A DNA stretch of 64,000 bases from Macrostomum lignano (lineage: Eukaryota): NCBI GenBank assembly GCA_002269645.1, contig NIVC01001378.1:186001-250000 (forward strand), in the 5' to 3' direction. The first letter of the stretch is position 1; every line of letters begins with the position of its first letter. Of this stretch, positions 36,901 to 48,900 are shown one piece after another. The notes under the pieces were generated by a model. The model was not told the origin of the DNA. It ran no database searches and saw only the letters and a program-made list of their open reading frames with translations. Position numbers and translations under genes: made by a program.

Positions 36901-39900
36901 ACGATTCAGTTCGCTTTTTCGGGTTTTCTAACGTACTGCAAAAATCACTTTATGAGGTTCTCTACACTTTATTTATACGAGGCTCTTCAACGACAAACCA
37001 CTTCGTGAGGCTCTCTACTATCTCGGGTTACAATGAGGCTATCTACTACCTAAAATCACTATATGAGGCTCTCAGTCTACTATATCAAATCACTATATGA
37101 GGCTCTCAGTCTCTACTATATCAAATTACTATATGAGGCTCTCAGTCTCTACTATCTCAAATCACAATATGAGGCTCTCTAATATCTCAAATCACAATAT
37201 GAGGCTCTCTAATATCTCAAATCACAATATGAGGCTCTCTAATATCTCAAATCACAATATGAGGCTCTCTAATATCTCAAATCACAATGTGAGGCTCTCT
37301 AATATCTCAAATCACAATATGAGGCTCTCTAATATCTCAAAATCACAATATGAGGCTCTCTAATATCTCAAATCGCTATATGACGCTCTCTACTACCTCA
37401 AATCACAATATGAGGCTCTCTAATATCTCAAATCACTATATGAGGCTCTCTAATATCTCAAATCGCTGGGAGTACGAGATCTGCTAGCAGGAAATCTGCT
37501 AGCCGAAGTTTGCTAGCGAGAAATTTGCTTGCCGAAATCTGCTAGCCGAAGTTTGCTAGCCGAAATGTGCTAGCCGAAGTTTGCTAGCCGAAATGTGCTA
37601 GCCGAAATTTGCTAGCCGAAGTTTGCTAGCCGAAATGTGCTAGCCGAAATGTGCTAGCCGAAATGTGCAAGCCGAAATGTGCTAGCCGAAATGTGCTAGC
37701 CGAAATGTGCTAGCCGAAATGTGCTAGACTAAATCTGCTAGCCGAAGTTTGCTAGCCGAAATGTGCTAGCCGAAGTTTGCTAGCCGAAATGTGCTAGCCG
37801 AAGTTTGCTAGCCGAAATGTGCTAGCCGAAATGTGCTAGCCGAAATGTGCTAGCCGAAATGTGCTAGCCGAAATGTGCTAGACTAAATCTGCTAGCCGAA
37901 GTTTGCTAGCCGAAATGTGCTAGCCGAAGTTTGCTAGCCGAAATGTGCTAGCCGAAGTTTGCTAGCCGAAATCCGCTAGCCGAAATCTGCTAGCCGAAAT
38001 CTGCTAGCCGAAGTTTGCTAGCAGGAATTTGCTAGCGAGGATTTTGCTAGCCGAAATCTGCTAGCAGGAATTTTGCTAGCTGCCTTGCTCTCGTAGCTGT
38101 TGCATGTTATTTGCTGTGTTTTGATTCCGATTTGAGCTGCTTTGATTTGTACGAATAAATATATAACTTATATACCATATACTGCCACTACCAGCCATTA
38201 AGACTGAAAGTTGTGTGTATAGATAAGTTTAAATTTAACTACCTGAACTACAGCTGCCTGAGCTACCTGAACTACGGCCTTACAGCTGATAATGCTAAAA
38301 CATTATCAAATGTCTACGAGTAAAAAAGGACAAAAAATTATAAATGATTTTGACGATTTCCAAGTGCAGTTTTAGCATATACAGTACTTTAGCATACAGT
38401 AACACACATGTTGGTGTACAGTATCTATAGCTAGATACATGTATGTCCAAGGTACAATTTACTATAGCTATATGTATTGTTAATGTATAGATATTTTCCA
38501 TCGCTTACGGCACTGTGTACAAGCAAAAACTCTATGCTGGTGTGGCCCACAAGCTCTTACCCTGTGATCATGGATGTAATATATTTACTTTATTCAATAG
38601 TGTTTATTAGCTCGGAGTCGATTATTGTATCACTTTCACTTGACAATCAAGCTGCATGCTCTCGCGGCTTACTTTGCCTTCTTTCGTTCTTTTTTATTTA
38701 TTCTTTAGCGCTGCCTACACTCATTACAACTCTATGGGTTTGGCGAAAGACAGCATACCGACGCACACACAAGCCGATGCTAACAATATATTATATATTG
38801 CAATTTGAAGATCACTGCTAATAAGCACGATAAAGAGAGTCATTAGAGCGAAAAACGCAAATTTATTTGTCCTGCATGATAAGTCTTGCAAAGTTTCTTG
38901 CGAAATTGGACAAGAAAAAATGTCTCTAGCAAATTACAACTTCGTAAATTGCTGTTCGCCGGTTTTGGTTAGATTATCGCTAGCAGATTTCGGCTAGCAA
39001 AATCCTCGCTAGCAAAATTCCTGCTAGCAAACTTCGGCTAGCAAACTTCGGCTAGCAGATTTCGGCTAGCACATTTCGGCTAGCACATTTCGGATGGCAA
39101 ACTTCGGCTAGCAGATTTCGGCAAGCACATTTCGGCTAGCACATTTCGGCTGGCAAACTTCGGCTAGCAGATTTCGGCAAGCACATTTCGGCTAGCACAT
39201 TTCGGCTAGCACATTTCGGCTAGCACATTTCGGCTAGCAAACTTCGGCTAGCACATTTCGGCTAGCAAACTTCGGCTAGCACATTTCGGCTGGCAAACTT
39301 CGGCTAGCACATTTCGGCTAGCACATTTCGGCAAGCACATTTCGGCAAGCACATTTCGGCTAGCACATTTCGGCTAGCAAACTTCGGCTAGCACATTTCG
39401 GTTAGCACATTTCGGCTAGCACATTTCGGCTGGCAAACTTCGGCTAGCACATTTCGGCTAGCACATTTCGGCTAGCACATTTCGGCTGGCAAACTTCGGC
39501 TAGCACATTTCGGCTAGCACATTTCGGCTAGCACATTTCGGCTGGCAAACTTCGGCTAGCACATTTCGGCTAGCAAACTTCGGCTAGCACATTTCGGCTA
39601 GCACATTTCGGCTAGCACATTTCGGCTAGCAAACTTCGGCTAGCACATTTCGGCTAGCACATTTCGGCTGGCAAACTTCGGCTAGCACATTTCGGCTAGC
39701 ACATTTCGGCAAGCACATTTCGGCTGGCAAATTTCTCGCTAGCAAACTTCGGCTAGCACATTTCCTGCTAGCAAATTTCATAGACCCCAAATCGCTATAT
39801 GAGGCTCTCTACTACCTCAAATCACAATATGAGGCTCTCTACTACCTCAAATCACAATATGAGGCTCTCTAATATCTCAAATCACTATATGAGGCTTTGC

Positions 39901-42900
39901 CTAACTTAAATCACTATATGAGGCTCTCTACCATCCCACATCACGATATATGAGGCTCTCTACTATCTACTGCTTTAGTGAATTTTCTGAACACACCTGC
40001 ACCTTGACGCATCTTAACTCTTGATCGACAACAATCCACATTCGAAACAGGCCCGGCTCGCCCGTCTCCCCGGCCAGCTGTACAATCTCCCAGGGCCGGT
40101 CGAGCAGAGCTCGTTGATTCCTTCGAATAAAAGCGGACATACCGCCGACTCCGCTACTGGCGCCAATCCCAACAGACTGCAGCGGCAACGGCGCCAGAAT
40201 ATTCGTAGTCGATAAGGACTCGCCGGCGGTAGAATCGGCGGAATCCCCGGCTGTGCGCGCTCGTTTACTGGCGCCACCGCCGGCGTTGCAGGCGCGCTGT
40301 TGAGCGCGCTGATGGCGCCATTTGCGCTTGTGAAATCGAAGCCAATCAGCAAAGCCTTTGCTGCTGTCACGCCGCAGACGGGGCGGCTCGCCAAGGGCTT
40401 CGAACCAGGGCTTGTCCAGGTCTGTCACCGCCGAGCTTGCAGCAGGTCCTGGCGTCCTTGACAACGCATTGACAACAGGTGGCTTATTAGTGGCACCGAT
40501 TGCGTCCTGGTTAGGGTTTGAAAAAGTGCGGGCGCATTTAATACTTGAAGCCTGAAACTCTTGAAAATTTCTACTTGTATAAACTACAATTAGGCATTAA
40601 ATTAAAGGTTAATCCTAGGCTTGATAGAACCCCTCAAACTAATCTCAGAGTCCCTGATCAAAATATCTGATCTCTTATCCTAATTTCGGAATCTCGAATC
40701 CCAGTGTCCAAATCCCCAATCGTAATCTCAAAATCTTAAACCCCTATTCGAGAATCTCTGATACTAATCTCAGAATCTCTAATTCTAATCTGAGAATCTC
40801 TAATCCCAATATGAGAATCTTTAATCCTAATCTGAGAATCTCTAATCCTAATCTGAGAATCTCTAATCCTAATCTGAGAATCTCTAATCCCAATATGAGA
40901 ATCTTTAATCCTAATCTGAGAATCTCTAATCCCAATATGAGAATCTTTAATCCTAATCTGAGAATCTCTAATCCTAATCTGAGAATCTCTAATCCCAATA
41001 TCAGAATCTCTAATCCTAATCTGAGAATCTCTAATCCCAATATGAGAATCTTTAATCCTAATCTGAGAATCTCTAATCCTAATCTGAGAATCTCTAATCT
41101 TAATATGAGAATCTTTAATCCTAATCTGAGAATCTCTAATCCTAATCTGAGAATCTCTAATCCCAATATGAGAATCTTTAACCCTAATCTGAAAATCTCT
41201 AATCCTAATCTGAGAATCTCTAATCCCAATATCAGAATCTCTAATCCTAATATGAGAATCTCTAATCCCAATATGAGAATCTTTAATCCTAATCTGAGAG
41301 TCTCTAATCCTAATCTGAGAATCTCTAATCCCAATATGAGAATCTTTAACCCTAATCTGAAAATCTCTAATCCTAATCTGAGAATCTCTAATCCCAATAT
41401 CAGAATCTTTAATCCTAATCTGAGAATCTCTAATCCCAATATGAGAATCTTTAATCCTAATCTGAGAATCTCTAATCCCAATATGAGAATCTCTAATCCC
41501 AATATGAGAATCTCTAATCCTAATCTGAGAATCTCTAATCCTAATCTGAGAATCTCTAATCCCAATATGAGAATCTTTAATCCTAATCTGAGAATCTCTA
41601 ATCCCAATATGAGAATCTTTAATCCTAATCTGAGAATCTCTAATCCTAATCTGAGAATCTCTAATCCCAATATGAGAATCTCTAATCCTAATCTGAGAAT
41701 CTCTAATCCCAATATGAGAATCTTTAATCCTAATCTGAGAATCTCTAATCCTAATCTGAGAATCTCTAATCCCAATAATAAAATCCTTGATTCTAATCCT
41801 ATGCTCCTTAATCCCAACCAGAATCTCAAGTCCCAATCTCAGGGTATACGAAAATCTCTATCCAAAACTCACCTGGCTCCCAGCTTCAGCCGCCTCAGCA
41901 TCCTCGCCGTCCCGATCCTCCATCAAAACTGAATCTCCAGCGTCGTCCTGCTCATTTGTCGAATTAATTCGAACCCGTTTACGCGACCCAGTCGGGCCAG
42001 CGGCGTCTTCAACGTCGACAACATCTGGCGTCAGTCTAGGCTTAGCAGAGGCCTTGCTAAACATATCGGAAATTCTACGCTGCTTGAATACGTCGGTCTT
42101 CTCTAATAGCTTCTTCCTTAGCCAATCGGGATGCGGCACGCGGGGCACGGGATTGGCTACGTGCTGCAGAGCGGCCGGAATGGTGATGATCTTCTGCACG
42201 GCGCTGCTCAACCGTTCGATATAATAGTCCCAGTCTAGAATGGACCGAATGTCCAGATCCTGTAGGCCGGGCGATTTCAGCCAGCGGCGCAGGAAATGAC
42301 GCTTAACGGAGGGCTCGGCCTGGCAAAGTTTCAATATTTATAATATAGTAAATTATATTATTGATCGTGTCTGTGCTGCACTACTGATAAAATTAGTTAC
42401 GAAATTTTGAACAATTCAGGACAATCACTTGTGGATTGTCGAAAAAAACTCGAGGATGGAATCGCTCAGTTGACCAATAACCCACGAACACGGGGAATTG
42501 CTCAAATGATTAATGACTCACTTGGATGGCTTATTACTTGTCAGAGAACAGACTCATATGGAGTGACTCAGAAGAACAAGGACTCATATGGAAAGATTCC
42601 GATGGACAACAAAGACCAATGGAATGACTGCGATGGACAACGACTCATATGTAATGACTCCGTTGAACAAAGACTCATATGTAATGACTCCGTTGAACAA
42701 ATACTCATAGGGAATGACTCCGTTGAACAAAGACTCATAGGGAATGACTCCGTTGAACAAAGACTCATATGGAATGACTTTGTTGAACAAAGACTCATAG
42801 GCAATGACTCCGTTGAACAAAGACTCATATAGAATGACTGTTGAACAAAGACTCATATGGAATGAGTCCGATGGACAACAAAGACTTATCGAATGACTCC

Positions 42901-45900
42901 CATGGACAACAAAGACTCATGGGGAATGACTCTGATGAACAAAGACTCATATGGAATGACTGTTGAACAAAGACTCATATAGAATGACTGTTGAACCAAG
43001 ACTCATATGGAATGACTCCGTTGAACAAAGACTCATATGGAATGACTGTTGAACAAAGACTCATATGGAATGACTGTTGAACAAAGACTCATATGGAATG
43101 ACTGTTGAACAAAGACTCATGGAATGAGTCCGATGGACAACAAAGACTTATCGAATGACTCCCATGGACAACAAAGACTCATGGGGAATGACTCTGATGA
43201 ACAAAGACTCATATGGAATGAGTCCGATGGACAACAAAGACTATGGGGAAATGTCTCCAATAAAAGCTAGGCGTGGAACTACAAACTACACTACTAATAA
43301 AAGTAAGAAGGCAAAAGGAAAAGAAATTATCTACCTGGAAAATCGCCAACGGCACGGCCCGTTCGGTGACTGGAGCGCCTTCGGGCCGCTTGGAGATGAC
43401 AAAGCGGCAAGCCAGACCGGCATCCTTGACCATCTGCTCGCCGAGAAACTCGGCTAATCTCTTAGCCGTACTAATACTAGTACTCTTCTGTCCCCATAGT
43501 CTTCCAATCGTTTAGACATGCTTCGATTTTCGGCAATCAGCTCGAATAGTTCGGTGTCTGGCATACTCTCGGCTTTGGAGAACAGCACGTCTAGCCAATA
43601 GTCGGCCACCTTGGCCACGGCGGCGTAGCACTCGGCCAAGCTGTCGCCTTTCAGGAAGGCTTCGAATACAGACGATTGAAAGATCTTAATTAGCTGCAAT
43701 TCGCCGTTGCGTTTCACTTCGAAGCCTTTCAATTCGGCTAGGGAGCCGTCGAAATTGAATACTGCATAGCGTTTCTTCAGCTTCTTGCCCTCCTCCTTGG
43801 AAGCCGGCAGCACCATGGCTAGGTAGGGCCCGTCAACCTCGAAGAAGATACTATTCTCCGATCGAACTCGATATTCGATAGTCGAACCGTCTGTAGCAAC
43901 TAATTCGTGATACTGATCGTTAGTGAAGTGCTGCTGAACCATAGCGTTGAGCATTGCGCCCGGATAGGAGATGTTCAACTTTGGCTTCTTGGCATTGCTA
44001 GTTCGGACAGTGAAATTCTCTGGGAAGCTGGCCGGCAACACGCACCAGATGCCGTCCGTGTCCAGCTCCAGTGGCCGGCCGATCTGCTCCACAATTTCGC
44101 GAGCCTGCGAATAGAGGAGATTGGTTGGGCATTTATAATCTGGGGATTGGGATTCTTAGATGGGGGAATTGGGATTCTTGGATGGGGGAATCGGGATTCT
44201 TGGATAGGGGAATTGGGGTTTTTGAATTGGGGAATTGGGACTCTTAGATTGGGGAATTGGGATTCTTGGATAGGGGAATTGGATTCTTAGATGGGGGAAT
44301 TGGGGTTTTGAATTGGGACTCTTAGATTGGGGAATTGGGATTCTTGGATGGGGAATTGGGATTCTTGGATGGCGGAATCGGGATTCTTGGATGGGGGAAT
44401 TGGGGTTTTTGAATTGGGGAATTGGGACTCTTAGATTGGGGAATTAGGATTCTTGGATTGGGGAATTGGGATTCTTGGATTGGGGAATTGGGATTCTTGG
44501 ATTGGGGAATTGAGATTCTTGAATTGGGGAATTGGGATTCTTAGATGGGGGAATTGGGGTTTTTGAATTGGGATTCTTAGATGGGGGAATTAGGATTCTT
44601 GGATGGGGGAATTGGGATTCTTAGATGAGGGAATTAGGATTCTTGGATGGGGGAATTAGGATTCTTGGATCGGGGAATTGGGATTTTTGGATGGGGGAAT
44701 TCGGATTCTTGGATTGGGGATTGAGATTCTTAGATTGGGGAATTGGGATTCTTAGATGGGGGAATTAGGATTCTTGGATGGGGGAATTGGGATTCTTGGA
44801 TCGGGGAATTGGGATTCTTGGATGGGGGAATTGGGATTCTTGGATTGGGGAATTGGGGTTTTTGAATTGGGGAATTGGGACTCTTAGATTGGGGAATTGG
44901 GATTCTTGGATTGGGGAATTGGGATTCTTGAATTGGGGAATTGGGATTCTTGGATTGGGGAATTGGGATTCTTGGATTGGGGAATTGGGATTCTTAGATT
45001 GGGGAATTAGGATTATTGGATTGGGGGGGTGTTCGATTCTTGGATTTGGACTCAGTTTTACTGATGTAGGGAATTAGGAATCTTATTTAGTGAGCCCTCA
45101 GAAGTGACTTAATAATAAAAATCCGCAAACCTTAGTAATAATATTAGCTCCAGTGTGGCACACTATGCCGGCCATTTCCATGCTGTACCAGCGGGCGCCC
45201 TTACGCATCACGTAGCCATAGAAAGAATTCAGAATGCACTTGTGAGCCAGTTGCAGCGAGTCGTACAGCACTAGCATACCGTTGCAGCGTTTCACCTCGC
45301 CGGCGTCGCCCTTAGCAACCGCTTTATCTAAATTGTTCTTCCACACCTTGCACAGATCTTTGAATTTGTAGCGGCGATCACGGAATGCGCGAACCGTGTC
45401 GACGTAAAACGAGTTCTCGCGCTGGCAAATGGTGGCCGTGCGCTGCTCGAGTCTGCGATTTTGATCAATTCGTTGTGAATGTCAAGTGACTTGAGCAGTT
45501 GTGCAACTTTTTACAATGATCAAATTAGTCATCGTCACTTGATATGAAGATGGGTGACACCCAATCTGAAGGTGAGAGTGACACCCAATCTGAAGGTGAG
45601 AGTGACACCCAATCTGAAGGTGAGAGTGACACCCAATCTGAAGGTGAGAGTGACACCCAATCTGAAGGTGAGAGTGACACCCAATCTGAAGGTGAGAGTG
45701 ACACTTAATCTGAAGGTAAGAGTGACACCCAATCTGAAGGTGAGAGTGACACTTAATCTGAAGGTGAGAGTGTCACCCAATCTGAAGGTGAGAGTGACAC
45801 CCAATCTGAAAGTGAGAGTGACACCCAATCTGAAGGTGAGAGTGACACCCAATCTGAAGGTGAGAGTGACACCCAATCTGAAGGTGAGAGTGACACTTAA

Positions 45901-48900
45901 TCTGAAGGTGAGAGTGTCACCCAATCTGAAGGTAAGAGTGACACCCAATCTGAAAGTGAGAGTGACACCCAATCTGAAGGTGAGAGTGACACCCAATCTG
46001 AAGGTGAGAGTGACACCCAATCTGAAGGTGAGAGTGACACCCAATCTGAAGGTGAGAGTGACACCCAATCTGAAGGTTAGAGTGACACCCAATCTGAAGG
46101 TGGGAGTGACACCCAATCTGAAGGTTAGAGTGACACCCAATCTGAAGGTGAGAGTGACACCTAACCTGAAGGTGAGAGTGACACCTAACCTGTAGTAAGA
46201 GTGACACCCAATCTGAAGGTGAGAGTGACACCCAATCTGAAGGTGAGAGTGTCACCCAATCTGAAGGTAAGAGTGACACCCAATCTGAAAGTGAGAGTGA
46301 CACCCAATCTGAAGGTGAGAGTGACACCCAATATGAAGGTGAGAGTGACACCCAATCTGAAGGTGAGAGTGACACTTAATCTGAAGGTGAGAGTGACACC
46401 CAATCTGAAGGTGAGAGTGACACCCAATCTGAAGGTGAGAGTGACACTTAATCTGAAGGTGAGAGTGACACCCAATCTGAAGGTAAAAGTGACACCCAAT
46501 CTGAAGGTGAGAGTGTCACCCAATCTGAAGGTAAGAGTGACACCCAATCTGAAAGTGAGAGTGACACCCAATCTGAAGGTGAGAGTGACACCCAATCTGA
46601 AGGTGAGAGTGACACCCAATCTGAAGGTGAGAGTGACACTTAATCTGAAGGTGAGAGTGTCACCCAATCTGAAGGTAAGAGTGACACCCAATCTGAAAGT
46701 GAGAGTGACACCCAATCTGAAGGTGAGAGTGACACCCAATCTGAAGGTGAGAGTGACACCCAATCTGAAGGTGAGAGTGACACCCAATCTGAAGGTGAGA
46801 GTGACACCCAATCTGAAGGTGAGAGTGACACTTAATCTGAAGGTGAGAGTGTCACCCAATCTGAAGGTAAGAGTGACACCCAATCTGAAAGTGAGAGTGA
46901 CACCCAATCTGAAGGTGAGAGTGACACCCAATCTGAAGGTGAGAGTGACACTTAATCTGAAGGTGAGAGTGTCACCCAATCTGAAGGTAAGAGTGACACC
47001 CAATCTGAAAGTGAGAGTGACACCCAATCTGAAGGTGAGAGTGACACCCAATCTGAAGGTGAGAGTGACACCCAATCTGAAGGTGAGAGTGACACCCAAT
47101 CTGAAGGTGAGAGTGACACCCAATCTGAAGGTGAGAATGACACCCAATCTGAAGGTGAGAGTGACACCCAATCTGAAGGTGAGAGTGACACCCAATCTGA
47201 AGGTGAGAATGACACCCAATCTGAAGGTGAGAGTGACACCCAATCTGAAGGTGAGAGTGACACCCAATCTGAAGGTGAGAGTGACACCCAATCTGAAGGT
47301 GAGAGTGACACCCAATCTGAAGGTGAGAATGACACCCAATCTGAAGGTGAGAGTGACACCCAATCTGAAGGTGAGAGTGACACCCAATCTGAAGGTGAGA
47401 GTGACACCCAATCTGAAGGTGAGAGTGACACCCAATCTGAATCGAACCCTGACCTCTTGCCCAAAATAATAATGAATAAAACACAGGAACACCAGCTAAC
47501 TAACCTAGTCACGTGAACTTTCTTATATGCCCGACGACAAAAATCAGTCAATCGTTTCTTTTCCACAGCGGCTTTCTCTTCTTTAGACAGCTGATAGAAT
47601 GCCCGAGTAGCGCCCGGACCAGAAGATTGCTGCTGCTGCTTTTGCTGATCCGACTGATGCTTGTTCAACTGTTGGAATCGGCCTTTGAATTTGTCGTTTG
47701 CAAAACTGCCACTAGGAGCAGCAGCGGGAGGAAATCTTTCCTGCTCTAATTGGGCTTGAATCCGATGATATTCGCTACGATTGGCTGGCATAATTTCGCC
47801 GCGCCAACTCCAGATCATAGTGCGCTGGCAGCGTTCTCCTGGCCGATTGAAATCGCAGGCTGCGCACACGGTAGAGTTCACTATAGCGCTAGGCTGCAGC
47901 CGGTTAGTGAGGATAATATTAGGATACATTGCGCCAACGTCTAGATGATAGATAATTGGCTTTTCAACACGAATTGGATTATCGCGCAGGTCGGCTAGTT
48001 TAGCTTTGATGTCCGAGCAAACGTCGGCAAAGTTCAAACAGTCGGACAGCGGTACGCCGGCTTCGGTTTCGACCGCGTGGCGCATGGTGTCTTCAACTGA
48101 GTGGATCAGGTCCTGCGATTTGTCAATGGCATGTAATCTAATCGTCACGCATGTACACTGTCTGTGCCTTGGGGTTGGCCCTCACGGCTGTGAATCCCAC
48201 GACAACCTTCCAGTTAATCTATAGGGCGGTAAACTACAAAGGAATCACTGTAAGGCGGTAAACTACAAAGGAATCACCGTAAGGCGGTAAACTACAAAGG
48301 AATCACCGTAAGGCGGTCAACTACAAAGGAATCAATCTATATGGTGGCAAACTACAAAGGCTGATCAAAGGCGTCAAACTACTAATAAGTCAATCTATAA
48401 GGCGGTAAACTACTAAGAAATTAAACTATAAGGCGGTAAACTAATAAATCAATCTATAAGGCGGCAAACCACTAAGAAATCAAAATATAAGGCGGTAAAC
48501 TACAAAGGAATCACTGTAAGGCGGTCAACTACAAAGGAATCAATCTATATGGTGGCAAACTACAAAGGCTGATCAAAGGCGTCAAACTACTAATAAATCA
48601 ATCTATAAGGCGGTAAACTACTAATAAATCAAACTATAAGGCGGCAAACTACAAAGGAATCAATCAAAGGCGGAAAACTACAAAGGAATCAATCAAAGGC
48701 GGAAAACTACAAAGGCGGCAAACTACAAAGGAATCAATCAAAGGCGGCAAACTACAAAGGCGGAAAACTACAAAGGAATCAATCAAAGGCGGCAAACTAC
48801 CAAGGAATAAACGATCTAAGCTAAAAAAACGAATCAGAATCGAAATCTTTCATAAAAATGGCAAATTAATCACCTGAAAGGCTTCCGGCACCATTTTGAA

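Noticed and set aside
40750-41830. Interstitial telomeric repeat
   Set aside because: Units contain CCTAAT/CCCAAT within a 21-mer, not (CCCTAA)n.
43488-43498. Programmed -1 ribosomal frameshift in POLE
   Set aside because: No canonical X_XXY_YYZ slippery heptamer, and I know of no precedent in POLE; a homopolymer indel is the simpler explanation.
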